This document shows, in pieces, positions 1-12,451 of a stretch of DNA of 64,000 nt. This stretch comes from Octopus sinensis (taxonomy: Eukaryota), in contig NC_042998.1 in NCBI RefSeq assembly GCF_006345805.1, positions 54,250,001 through 54,314,000 of the forward strand, in the 5' to 3' direction. The notes below the pieces were generated by a model, which was not told the origin of the DNA, searched no databases, and worked only from the letters and a program-made list of their open reading frames with translations. Numbering within the stretch: position 1 is the first letter of the stretch; each line of letters starts with the position of its first letter. The position numbers and the translations under genes are program-made.

Positions 1-945
1 CTGATGGATGAGATAGTTAAATGTATCTTGGTGATATCTGGCTAGGGGCCCTATCCTCATAGATTGTCATCAATGGGCATGTCTGCAGTGGGCTCAAAAA
101 CATCAGAACTGGTGATATTAGCAGTGGAGGACTGTAGATTGCATTTCTGTGGCAGGTGGCAAAGCTAGGGTTTGGAGAAGGCGGGAACATCATGCTGATG
201 GCTGCGTGGTAGGAAGAAACTCATAGGGAGGACAGAGCATCATAATATGGGGCAGGATTGCACTCAACCAGAAATTTGGACTGGTGGTCTCCCAAAATAT
301 TGGCCAAGGCTGGGGCAATGGAGTAAATGCTGCCTGCTACATCAACCAAGTGTTGAGGCCTCACATTATGTCATACTTTGCCCGTCATTGGAATCACATG
401 TTCCAACATGGCAATACCTGTGCCCATACTGCCAGGTTGACAACAGACTTCTTCCAACAGCACAACATCCAGACACTACCTTAAGTCTGGACTTGAACCC
501 CATAGAGCACTACCTTAAGTCTGGACTTGAACCCCATAGAGCACCTGTGGGACAAAATCCAAAGAAGGCTAAATGACATCTGTCAAGGCACAACTCACTG
601 CACATCTGTCTAGGAACGTCTGTTCAAGGCACAACTCACTGCATGTTTTAACAGAGTGTGGGTTGCTATCCCTGTGGCCTTCATCATTCGTTTGGTGCAT
701 TCAATGTACAGAAGATGCCAGCAGTGATCAACACTAACAATGATCACACGAGATATTGAGTTCATCTCTTAGAACACTGCTTCATCATGTGACACTGTGT
801 GACATCAAGCTTGTTTCAGGAAATGACGTTTCATCATTAGGAAAGAACAGTTTCTTAATTAGCACTCTTCAATCAATGCCATAGCAATCTGTTAATAAAC
901 AGGCTTCTATTTAGTATGTGTGTGATGTTTCTTTTGCAGTTCAGT
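1..945 (+). mobile_element. Degenerate Tc1-like transposon, 3' part (starts before the window)
   Basis: Frameshifted motifs ARVWRR, GGQSIIIWG, FQHGNTCAHTARLTTDFFQQHNIQTLP and DLNPIEHLWD. Ends in tttcttttgcagttcag next to a TA run. Confidence 0.8.
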
Positions 946-978
946 TTATTTATATAGATATATATATGTATATATATA

Positions 979-1185
979 CCGGGGTAAACACAAAAATGTG
1001 AAACAAGGTGGAAAAAAGAGTACTCAAATACCAGTGGTAGAGTAATATGCTTTATCTAAAGCAGCAGAAAATTCAACAAAACCTGTAACTCTGAGTTTCG
1101 CGTTGCCGTTCTGTCCGATGAACGGCAACGCGAAACTCAGAGTAACAGGTTTTGTTGAATTTTCTGCTGCTTTAAATAAAGCATA
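979..1185. mobile_element. Penelope-like terminal-repeat fragment with 66-bp inverted arms
   Basis: Arms 1046-1111 and 1120-1185 have 2 mismatches. Same family as 35455-35612. Contains a hammerhead-like motif and is flanked by (TA)n. Confidence 0.6.
1111..1148 (+). ncRNA. Type I minimal hammerhead ribozyme-like motif
   Basis: CUGU-CCGAUGA-ACG(GCAA)CGC-GAA-ACUC(A)GAGU-A/ACAG: 4-bp stem I, GNRA-capped stem II, GUA cleavage triplet. Deviations are U4C and an A10.1-C11.1 mismatch. Confidence 0.65.
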
Positions 1186-1186
1186 C

Positions 1187-1237
<51 letters not shown>

Positions 1238-1239
1238 AT

Positions 1240-1274
<35 letters not shown>

Positions 1275-1937
1275 TATCTTTGGGTAATCAAATGATAAAA
1301 AAAGTACCAAACACATGTAGAATATATCAATTCATTCAAATCCGATGATTTATTCAGGTGGAGTTCACAGTTTATACATGCATGCACAAGAACATGTGCA
1401 TACACGCACACAAACCTTCCTCTTTCTGACATGACACAGGACTATGTAGGTGCAGACATTACTCATAAGGTTAAAATCAGTTTCTGACCATATGGTTCTG
1501 GACCCGATCTTTCTAGACAGCAGCTTGAGTTGCTAGCTTGACGCTATGGCATCACCAAAACCTTGTGGACAAACTTTAGTTAACACAGTGCAATACATCA
1601 TTATGTTTGCGTATATAAATGTATGGTTGCATGTGTGTATGTGTGTTTGTACACAATGATGATAAATGGTTGCATCGAACAAAAAGTACCCTGTGGTATT
1701 TAGTGAACCAAATTAAGTTCTTCTGCACTAAGTGGATGTTACCATTAAATCGATAAATTGATTACCAGACAAACTGTGATCAATATAATTGGCTAAATCC
1801 TTGAAACCAGTGAAAGAATAAATGAACACACATACACACACACACGTATATATACATACATACACATACATATTTACACAAATAAATAAATATATATATA
1901 TATATATGCACACACACATACATATACACACAAATAA

Positions 1938-1973
<36 letters not shown>

Positions 1974-1994
1974 GCATATATACACACAAATATT

Positions 1995-2030
<36 letters not shown>

Positions 2031-2069
2031 TATACATACAAACACTCAGATATATATCTATATATATAT

Positions 2070-2115
<46 letters not shown>

Positions 2116-2124
2116 TATATGATA

Positions 2125-2585
2125 ATGATGATGGCCATCCACTTGTGACCGAGGAAGACCATTGCTGACCTTCAGGAACATTGTGTGCTCTTGGATTAAC
2201 TTATATTTTGCATCTGCAGCTCCACATTTGAACTGAGCATTACCCTGGACAAGCATTACCCAGGAAATCCATAAGTGGAATCAGCTATCTTGGTTGAAGA
2301 AACAATTCTGAATGTGGTAGACAAGTGTGCCTACCTGAGCAGCACACTCAGCTGTTCTAGTTCCTAGATGATGGAATATCTTTCAGGCTGCAGAGAGCGA
2401 CTGTTTCCTTCCAGTCTCTTCAGTCTTCTGTCTGGTCCAAGCATGGTATCACAAAACAAACCAAAATGACTGTGTACCATGCATGTGTACCGACATTGCT
2501 CCTTTACTGATGTGAGACATGGGCCCTTTACAAACATCAAGTAAGAGTCCTTGAACGCTTTCATCAGAGATGTCTCAGACACTTT
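2125..2585 (-). mobile_element. Highly degenerate RTE-like LINE 3' ORF fragment
   Basis: VKEQCRYTCMVHSHFGLFCDTMLGPDRRLKRLE loosely aligns to the RTE motif TKLRIY..CV.S.LLYG.E.W....RRL..F. Many disablements. Confidence 0.35.
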
Positions 2586-2592
2586 GTATATG

Positions 2593-2638
<46 letters not shown>

Positions 2639-2685
2639 AATCAGTGTGCAAATTTGTGTATGTATATATATATATACACACACAG

Positions 2686-2720
<35 letters not shown>

Positions 2721-2894
2721 TATATATATATATATTATATATATATATATACAAAATGTATAAATGGATGATGAGTAAAGCACTGGCAGTTTCGATTACC
2801 TGTTCTTATCTGTAGATTTATTGCAGAAACTTCATAGTGGCGGTTGGGGTAACAGTATTAATAAAAATATGGAGTGAGTAAAATATTTTATTGG

Positions 2895-2936
2895 GTATGA
2901 CACATGTTTTGACCCGTTATGTGTCTCTTCGGGTAC
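2895..2936 (-). ncRNA. Degenerate hammerhead-like motif inside a roughly 400-bp repeat (2770-3180)
   Basis: GUAC-CCGAAGA-GAC(9 nt)GUC-AAA-AC(AUGU)GU-C/AUAC. Contains the palindrome ACAUGU and a GUC triplet. Three transitions from consensus, including G12A. Confidence 0.45.
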
Positions 2937-3590
2937 ATCAATGTAAAATATCTTACTAAAGATTTTCTGATTCGGTTTTATGCACAGCTGTATGTCCATC
3001 AACTTCGAGAATGAGTGAAAAAAAACAGAGAAAAATGAAATGCAAAAATTTCTAATATGAACGTGAAAATTATACATTCTAGTTTAGAGAGAATGGCGTA
3101 ACGAGCCTCCGCAGTTGTAACTGTTACGAGAAAGAAAAGGATGTAGAAGTTGAAAGGAACATAATACTAAGGCAAAAAGTTTTTAGTGCTTGTGCTTAGA
3201 CGCACATATACATACAACTTGATGCACATATGTACGCACATGGATGGAGGAATACATACATATATATGTATAGGAACTCATATATGCAGGTACACACGTG
3301 TATATATACATAAATATACGTCCATAGCAAAGATAAATATGTGTATATATTCATACGTAAAGCAACATACAGACGTCTGTGCAAAGTCTGACATACACAT
3401 GTTAATACACTCACGTATACACATAAGTAAATATATACACGGATATGCATACATATGCACATACACACACATATACAAATATGTATGCATATACACATGT
3501 AAACATACGCCTGCGTACACGAATACACACATTCACACTAATATATACATACAACTATGAAAAACGCAAATGCACACAGATGAATACGTA

Positions 3591-3636
<46 letters not shown>

Positions 3637-3771
3637 TATATACGCATGCACACACACATACACATATATAAATATATATATACACATACACATATATGTA
3701 CATACACACATATATACAAATACGTACATGCACACACATATATATGTATATATACATATATGCACATATAC

Positions 3772-3822
<51 letters not shown>

Positions 3823-3894
3823 ATATATATATATTTATAAAGATACACACACATTCACATATATATATATACACACACACAGGCACATAGACTG

Positions 3895-4052
3895 GGAATC
3901 TTTCAGTTTTTGTCTATGAAATCCACTCACAAGGCTTTGGCTGGCCCAGGGCTATAGTAGAAAACACTTGCCCAAGGTACAGTGCTATGGGACTGAATCT
4001 AAAATTATGTGGTTGGGAAGCAAACTTCTTACTACACAACCATGCCTGTACC
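3895..4052 (-). mobile_element. tRNA-derived SINE family A, 5' half
   Basis: A/B-box-like head plus a ccttgggcaagt CORE-like segment; more than 15 related copies in the window. Confidence 0.8.
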
Positions 4053-5431
4053 TGTTGTTTTATGTCTAGGATTGCACTATCCACTAACATGCGTTACTGT
4101 TGGTGCAAAGTATCCAAAATTTGGGCTTTAGTGTATATAGACTTTAAGACTTCCAGTCTATATTCTTTTTGCAAACTTCCTTCATTCTTTAGACCAAACC
4201 TGCAATTCTGCAACACTGTGTTTATCTCATTATTTCCACATCTGCCATGTGAGTTAGATATTGGATTTAAGTCTCATACAGATAGCTTCAAAATATGATG
4301 AAAAAACTTTTTAGCTCTGCATGTTGTCATCAGTTCACATGACACATATATAAAATATGATGGTGCTGGAGTAGAATTCCTTTAGTTTCCACCATGGTTC
4401 TTTACATAGCTTCTGCCATGGATCTTTAAACATAGTTCCACACCAAATTGAACTATTCTTTCCAGAGATATCAGTAGATAGATTCGTGTATTTTTGTAAA
4501 CCCTTAACTCAAAGTTTCTTCTAGAATCTATTTCCATGAAAACCTGATTGGGGGGTCCTAGTAATTCCAATATTCTGTCAATGGTTTCTCTTTGAACTTT
4601 AATTCTGATTCAGGGTGAAAGAGAGATTAAATTTTCTTTGTACAACTCATCAGCGAACGATGCAGTCCATAACTCAAGATGGATAACTAACTGACATCTA
4701 TCGCAAGAACTGGATAACAATCCATGAGGAGGTGAAAACACATAATTTGAATCAGAAACACTTTGTAATCAGTTACATTTTATATCATGTTCCTCACACA
4801 CACTGTTCTAATACAGACACAGGAGACAAACAGTTCAGTATTGCAATTACTAGCTGCATCAATTTGTCAAATGGTATCAATACAGTTATACACCAAAATC
4901 CAAGATTTATAACAGGCTGATTCTTTCACTCTCTGATTTGATGTTGCCATCGCCTATGTTATTTCCTTGAATGGAGAATTTTCTATTCGATCACTCCCAC
5001 CTTGGAAAGTTATCTTGATGGATTAAATTGGCACTAATCTCCTTTTGAAATCAATTTCGGAAAATCAATTTACTTGCTACCAATCATTAACTTTTCCATT
5101 TCCCATGATATATGTGGAATATTTCTATCATTTAACAAAAACATCACTGCTTGCTATACTGTATCACATCAAGTTAAAATCCCTTTCGACTTCTTTTTTT
5201 TCATTTAATCAAGCTTTCAGATTTCAAATATATAAAATTTTTATTACTTCTTAAAGTGATATCTCTTCTAACTCAAAATTCCTCTTCCACATGTTTTCTT
5301 TATCAGTTTCTGTAAGTACATGCGTGTCAATGTGGATGTATATACACACACACACACAAAGGAAATATGCATAAGAATATATATCCTCATCATTTAGCAG
5401 CTGTTGTTTATGTTGGCATGGGTTGGAAGAT

Positions 5432-5464
<33 letters not shown>

Positions 5465-5466
<2 letters not shown>

Positions 5467-5620
5467 CTGCATTCACAGAGTGGTTGGTGTTAGGAAGGGC
5501 ATCCAGCTGTAGAAACACTGCCAGATTAGACAGGAGCCTGGTGCAGCCTCCTGGCTTCCCAGACCCCGGTCGAACCGTCCAACCCGTGCTAGCATGGAAA
5601 ACAGACGTTAAACGATGATA
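5465..5620 (+). mobile_element. SINE family C 3' part with (GAT)n tail
   Basis: gagtggttgg..aggaagggcatccagctgtagaaac...gacgttaaacgatgat; many copies in the window. Confidence 0.75.
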
Positions 5621-6286
5621 TGTGTATATATATATATATATATATTTCTGTGTGAGATAGGAAATCAACCAACTAAGGGATAGTACCTATCCAATATACT
5701 GCTCGGAGTGTGCCCATTTATTCATACCCAAGTACTGGTTATTGCTCGGCAATCTCACGGTTGAGTGTTATATATGGGTGGGGGTCAAAAGGGGTTTACC
5801 CTTAATTCATACGGCAAATAAGAAAATGGAGAGGATACAAAAATGACATACATCAGCTGGTAGACATTCTAGTATGTCAATTTATTCCAAAGTATTAGAA
5901 TACAAACACATGTAATAACTATGTGTTACACACACATGTACTAATATTACAGAAAAGAGCAAAAGATCAGATTATCAGAAGGGATAATTTCAAGAATCAA
6001 GAATTTATTCTCAAAGAAATTTAGCTGTAGTTTTTAGCAGGTCAAGTGACCACCTAAAGGTTCTCTCATTTGAAGGTAATGTAATTTCCAGGAAATACAC
6101 TGAATACACTGACATTGATGCAATCACCTAACACCTAACAACAACAGCCTAAGACCAAGTTAAAAGAAATTCAATTTTCAAAGCATCAAATTTGAATCAT
6201 TCTTGTCAATTTGAATAGGTAGTTTCATGATGGTCTTGTCAGTGAGAGCACGAATCTCTTCAGGATTATAAACAGAAGTGGTGTGA

Positions 6287-6330
<44 letters not shown>

Positions 6331-7003
6331 ATGTGTGTGTGTGTGTGTATTAAATAGATAGATAGATAGATAGATATGATATTAATGTTTGTTTCTTATG
6401 TTCAGTTATAATGAAAATAGTTTTACATTAATCTGTTATGCAACCATAACATAATATAAAATATATTAGAGTACAAATTTATTATTCCTTTACAAGAATG
6501 TTCCTGAAAGAGACTTCGAAGTTTTGGACCTACTAAATATACACACATGCAATACATACACGTGCATATATATATACTATATATGCCTGTGCCTATATAC
6601 TTTGATCATAAAGCTATAATTAAGCTAGTTGTTGAAGAATAATTCAACAGAGAGGAGTCAAATGGAGAGGGGTCCAAAATCTGCAAGACAGCAGTTCAAT
6701 CTAGAGAAGGTGGTGTCCTCCAGTTCATCAAAAGAAATTTGTCCATATGTTTGCATTTGCTGAAAATTCCAGATCTGGAAAACAGTATTTCGGGCAATTC
6801 TTAGAATATGTAATCTTTCAGCTATGCATACTTTGTATTTCTCCGATTCATCAACATATAGCACAGATTTCTCTATGATTCTTCACTTGATTGTCTTTGG
6901 TGAGGAGCTGGCTTTCAAACTCCACAAGTGGCTAGCAAACTTAGTGGCTTTTTTTTGTCAAATATATATATAAATATATATACACACATATATATATACA
7001 TAT

Positions 7004-7049
<46 letters not shown>

Positions 7050-7051
<2 letters not shown>

Positions 7052-7485
7052 CACGTAAAAAGCACGTAAAAAGCACCCACTACACTCACGGAGTGGTTGG
7101 CGTTAGGAAGGGCATCCAGCTGTAGAAACATTGCCAGATTAGACTGGAGCCTGGTGCAGCCTTCTGGCTTCCCAGAACCCCGGTCGAACCGTCCAACCCA
7201 TGCTAGCATGGAGAACGGACGTTAAACGATGATGATGATGATATACATATATACATCCGTTCGTGGCCGTTTGCCAGCTCTGTCTGGCACCTGTGCGGGT
7301 GGCACGTAAAAAGCACCCACTACACTCACGGAGTGGTTGGCGTTACGAAGGGCATCCAACCGTAGAAACACTGCCAGATCTGACTGGGCCTGATGAAGCC
7401 TTCCAGCTTCACAGACCCCAGTTGAACTGTCCAACCCATGCTAGCATGGAAAGCGGACGCTAAATGATGATGATGATGATGATGA
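7050..7485 (+). mobile_element. Two tandem SINE family C copies
   Basis: About 7050-7240 and 7255-7485, each ending in (GAT)n. Confidence 0.8.
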
Positions 7486-7610
7486 TACATATATATATAT
7501 ATATACATATATATATACATACATATATATATATATATATATACACATATATATACACATATATACACATATATATATACACACATATATATATACATAT
7601 ATATATATAC

Positions 7611-7642
<32 letters not shown>

Positions 7643-7682
7643 ATACATATACATATATACACACATATATACATATATATAT

Positions 7683-7970
7683 ATTGATAAAAATGGTAAG
7701 ATAACAAAAGAATGAAAGAGACCTCGATATTATGTAAATAGAGGAATTTATCTGTAAATGTAATATGTGACAATTATTCGATAGCCATGATAAAACTCCG
7801 AGTTTCGGATGCTGAGGTGGGAATCCACGCCACCATCTCTTCAGTTATACGGACATCGGGAAAAATGCCCTAAGCTTCAGTAGGTCTGCTTCGAAGTCTT
7901 CCAGACCTTTGATCTTTGGAGGGAATTTCTTAGATTTAATACTATAGGGTATATTTTCGGTAGTGTTCTC
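7683..7970 (-). mobile_element. Penelope-like element fragment (ORF remnant plus hammerhead-bearing terminal repeat)
   Basis: Minus frame ENIPYSIKSKKFPPKIKGLEDFEADLLKL resembles recalled N-terminal parts of PLE RT ORFs. It directly abuts the hammerhead, with a TA/CA array on one side. Confidence 0.55.
7790..7848 (-). ncRNA. Type I hammerhead ribozyme-like motif with intact core
   Basis: AUAA-CUGAAGA-G-AUG...CAU(C)C-GAA-ACUC(G)GAGU-U/UUAU. All conserved core residues are present; GUU triplet; extended stem II (GUGG/CCAC). Confidence 0.65.
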
Positions 7971-8124
7971 TTCCATGTTGTATACACACACACTCACAAA
8001 TGCAACAGTATGCTGTTGTCATGACTGGAATGATATTAATCTTATATATCAAGGATGAACTAGGATTAAATAACATCAAAAATAAGAAGTGTAAAAAAAA
8101 AACACCAATGGAAAAGGTACTTAC

Positions 8125-8235
8125 GGCTTTCATCAAGTGGTATCTTGTAGAATTCCGCATCATATAATTCAATTCCATTTAATCCTACATAGTAAGGATC
8201 TCCCCATGTACTGAACAACTGCAGCTGATAAATAA
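8125..8235 (-). CDS. KATNIP: Katanin-interacting protein (KIAA0556) internal exon, C-terminal repeat domain
   Basis: Minus strand reads ttcag|TT ATT TAT CAG...GAA AGC C|gtaagt, giving (F)IYQLQLFSTWGDPYYVGLNGIELYDAEFYKIPLDES. This matches the recalled human FIFQFQLLTSWGDPYYIGLTGLELYDERGEKIPLSE. 111 nt, phase 1 at both ends, canonical AG/GT. Confidence 0.92.
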
Positions 8236-9439
8236 CTGAATATGATTTAAGGAATTATTATATACAATACATAGCAATCTGTTTCATAAGGCTTAAGAAT
8301 ATATCTAAAATGATTATTTATTAAATTTTATCTTTTACTAGTTACAGTTATTGGATGGCAGCCCTTTTGTGGCCCCACTTTGAAAGGTTTTGTCAAATAA
8401 ATTGACTCCAGTACATGTTTCTAAGTTCGGTACTTATTCTATCAGTCTCTTTTGCTAAACTGCTAATTATGGGGACATAAGCAACCCAACACAGGTTGTC
8501 AAGCAGTAGCAGGGGACAAATACAAATATAATGATACATACATAGTTATAGGTCATCATCATCATTATCATCTCCATCAAAAAATATTTGTTTTCCATGT
8601 TGGCATGGGTTGGATGGTTTGACTAGAGCTGGCAAGCAGAAGAGCAGCACCAAGTTTCAGTCAGATTTGGTTAGGTTTCAATGGCTGGATGCCCTTCCTA
8701 ATACCAACCAAACAAACACACACATATATAATAGGCTTCTTTAAGGTTCCATCTAGCCAAACCACTCACAAGGCTTTGATTAGCCCGGAGGTTAATAGCC
8801 ACACACAAAATCACACATACACATATACATGAAGGAATTCTACAGAATTTTTGTCAACCAAATTTACTGATAAGGCCTTGGTCAGCCTAAGGCCTTAATA
8901 AAATACATTTGTCCAAAAGTACCACGCAGTGGAACTTAATTACCAGATCACATGGCTGCAAAGCAAGCTTTGTAGCCACACAGCCATGATTGAAAATATT
9001 TTTAGACAGTGGAACACTATAACAGTGATGATCATGACGATGATGGTGATGATCATGACGATGATGGTGATGATAATGATAGCAATGATAGTGGTGATGA
9101 TTATTATGATAGCTTATCTCATAAATTAATGAAGTATCTAAAAAGATAGATCTGTATCAGAAAAAATATCTTATAACTTGTGAAGTTTATCAAACAAAAC
9201 TCTTTGGCTAATTTGATAGATACACAAATCATAATCAAACAAATTTAAAATAATAATTTTTGATTTTATATATGAGAAAAATAAAATAACTGATTGTGCT
9301 TAATCAAATATCTGAATTGGCAGAATAGATATTTATGGATACTGCTTCAAGTATTCTCCATTCTTCACTTAAAATCTTTTTCCCAAACATCAATTTTTCA
9401 ATGAAGAGAAACTGGGACAAATCCAATAAATTATATTAT

Positions 9440-10015
9440 CATTATTACAATTATTATTATTATTGAGTGAGAGAGCAGTGCATGCCATTAAAGTGACACT
9501 GGGGTATGAATATACAATGCCCAATATACCCATCATCACCACTCATCTGATAAGGGTACATCAGACACATGCATCACAACCATATGAGTGCAACACAATG
9601 ATCTCATATCACGATAAACAGTGCATAACCTTGTAGGTGGATCCCAGTCAGAATTTTCTTCAGGTCAAATAGCCCATCTTGCACAAACGGTCCCTAAATA
9701 AGGGTTGTTTAAGGATGATGAACAAAATATCCATGTTTCCAGAGGTGAATTATCCAAACCCCAAAGGATTCCTTTCAATACATGGCTATGATGCTCCCCT
9801 ACTACTTCTGCTCATGGTTAGAGATGCACATATCGTCAAGCACCAAAGGACATGCTCAACTGGTTAAGGTCAGCAACTGACAAGCAAATCTTGGTATTGA
9901 GCAGAATACTTGCTGTAGCCCATCTTTTATAAGAAGACAAAACAAGGTACATCATAACACTTCCAGTTAGCTAAGATCAGAAGCCATGAGAGTCACTGCT
10001 TGCATCAGGACATTT
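9440..10015 (-). mobile_element. Unclassified SINE-like element with (AAT)n tail
   Basis: About 570 bp of higher-complexity sequence ending in an (AAT)n tail on the minus strand. No clear tRNA head; single copy in this window. Confidence 0.4.
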
Positions 10016-10244
10016 ATCATCATTATTATTATGAGGTTGACTTTGCCTTTCATCCTTTCAGGGTCGATTAAATAAGTACCAGTTATGCACTGGGGACAAC
10101 GTAATCAACTTACTCGTCCCCTCAAATTTCAGGTATGGATTCAATATAAATGCCTAAACCACTCCTGTAAAATCTTAGGCCATGTGCCTATGGCAGAAAG
10201 GGTTATTATTATTATTATTATCATCATTATTATTATTATATGAA

Positions 10245-10506
10245 GGTGGCAAGTTGGCAGAATTGTTAGCACGCCAGGCAAATTGCTTAGTGGCATTTCA
10301 TCCATTCTTATGTTCTGAGTTTAAATTCTGCTGAGGTTTACTTTGCCTTTCATCCTTTCAATGTAACTGGCACCCCTTTCAGGGTTGATGAAATAATTAC
10401 CAATTACACGCTAGAGTCAATGTAATTGACTAACCCTCTCCTCTACAATTTCAGGCCTTGTGTCTATAATAGAAATTATTATTAATATTATTATTATTAT
10501 TATTAT
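10245..10506 (+). mobile_element. tRNA-derived SINE family B
   Basis: ggtggcaagttggcagaattgttagcac head, central gactttgcctttcatcctttc..gggt.gat...agtacca domain, (ATT)n tail. Relatives at about 10035, 20420(-), 37270, 42171 and 44890. Confidence 0.8.
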
Positions 10507-11410
10507 TTTGTGAATGAGAAGAGGAAGGGCAGTATTTCCACTCAATTGCAAAGTGTCTAAGATTGAAAGAGGTAGATTCACTCAAACCTGCCCTGAATGC
10601 TTGCAACTGAGCAGACTCCACTAAAGACACCTTAGGACCAGGTGATAGGCTTAAATAGCATGATGTATTAAGCCTACTGTTGAAGAACTGTTACAATTAA
10701 TCCAACATGTTTCTGCACAGTTATTTGGTCAATCCAATTCCACTCCAAAGATTTCAGTCAACTGAAGGCTGTGGACAGAAAATGTTTGCTAAAGATGCCA
10801 TGATGTGATATCAAACTTGAAGCCACTTGGTTGCAAACTGAATTTCTTAATCATATTATCATAATTGCACCTATAAGGCATCATATGCATAACACAATAT
10901 TATTGTATCTGTTGAAAATATTACTTTCAAAGAACTCTTTGAAATCTCTCACAAAAGATTTCACTTAACAGACCTGTTCCTTTGAAAACTGATATTCCTG
11001 TTATAAAAATCCACATCATTCATACGATGTTATCTATCAATTCTGAAAGAGAAATTAGTTTCAGTCTATAGGCCACTATCTATGTCATCTGATTCAATTA
11101 CACAATAAAAACTGCCACGTCTTCCCCCAAAATCACCCAAATTCATTTTACTCACTGAATCTTATTAATTGCACTGAACTTATCTTCTTAATTATTGCAT
11201 TGAACTCAATGAGATCATGGATTAGCAAAATCAGCAGAACAAAATGCATTGCATCACTTAGTTATGTCCCTTTATATTCTGAGATCAAATCTAGCCAAGG
11301 TCAACTGCTTTTCCATCCTTCAAAGGGTTAAATGAAATAAGTACCCGACAAGTACTAGTGTTAATTTAACTGAATGTTTCTCCATCCATTTTTCCATTCT
11401 TATATCTGTA

Positions 11411-11813
11411 CGAGCAAAACTCCCCCCGTTCAATGGACGGTGCTGAGTTGTCAAACATTTAAACCGAATTTTCTCAAAACAACTTGTCCGACCATCCCAT
11501 AGGCCTTCCCTTTGAGAAACACTGATTTAACTTAAATTTGAGACACCAGCAAAAGAAGAACTAAAGATAGACTTTTTTTCTATTCCAAAGAAAAACGATT
11601 TTATTCACACAAATATGCACCCAAAGAGTTTAAAGTACCAGTAATCGATCGCATTCTCACCTGGAATCTATTTTTGTAATTTTTTCAAGACTTATACACA
11701 CCCTGATACCATCGGTATCTACAAATCAAATGTGAGTGCAATCAGATGGAGGATGCCCGAGATCCCAGAAGACACACACGCACAGACAGACAGAATGGAT
11801 CTTATATAATAGA
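11411..11813 (-). mobile_element. Non-autonomous Helitron-like element
   Basis: Minus strand begins A|TCTATTATATAA and ends CTCG|T. A short hairpin (11426-11440) lies about 15 nt from the 3' end. No TSD. Confidence 0.5.
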
Positions 11814-12451
11814 TTAGAAATCATCATCATCATTATTTAGTATCTACTTATCCATGTCCACATGGGTCAGTCAGAATTTGTCGAAGTGGATTCTCTAGTA
11901 AGATGCCCTTCCTGTCACCAACCTTTACCTGTTTTTAAGCGAGGTAATATTTCCCCGTAGCAAGACGTGCTTTCCATGGATGACTAGAAATGAGGAACCT
12001 CACTTGTATGACAATGATGCTCATCTATAACCATCATACGATGTTTAATAATGGTATGCACAAAGGCACACACACACACATAAATAGATACACATATACA
12101 TATATAAATATGCAAACACATATATACATTTACACACACAGACACACATACACACACACACACACACATCTGATGGGATTCTGTCAGTTTTTGTCCACCA
12201 ATTTAACTTGCAAGGCTTTGGTTGGTCCAGGGCTATAGTAGAAGACACTTACTCAAGGTGCTTCATAGTGGGACTGAACTGAAGGCCATATGGTTAGGAG
12301 AAAGCTTCAACCACAGATATATCTATTAGAAATAATATTCAGAGATTTCAATGTTGGATATTTCTCTTAGCTTATCCAATCTATCCACACTAACCAAAAT
12401 GTAAAAGGATATAAACACATACAAGATGCAAATATTTACTGAAAAGGATAC

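Larger units (their letters stand above)
8236..12451 (-). other. U12-type GT-AG intron of KATNIP (4216 bp)
   Basis: 5' splice site GTATCCTTTT at 12451-12442. Branch-site-like TTCCTTAAAT at 8254-8245, about 10-18 nt before the AG, with no long polypyrimidine tract. Confidence 0.8.

Noticed and set aside
474-544. Direct repeats of CRISPR-like length (also 24682-24790)
   Set aside because: Head-to-tail with no unique spacers, inside eukaryotic transposon remnants, and no cas genes.
247-576. 109-aa ORF MGQDCTQ...
   Set aside because: Off-frame reading of the decayed Tc1 transposase.
6658-6864. 68-aa non-repetitive minus ORF (also 4382-4570 and 23104-23382)
   Set aside because: No recognisable homology or consistent splice signals, and the length is within chance expectation.
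9966-9978. GCTAAGATCA match to U2 snRNA
   Set aside because: Only 10 nt, with no flanking U2 similarity or Sm site.
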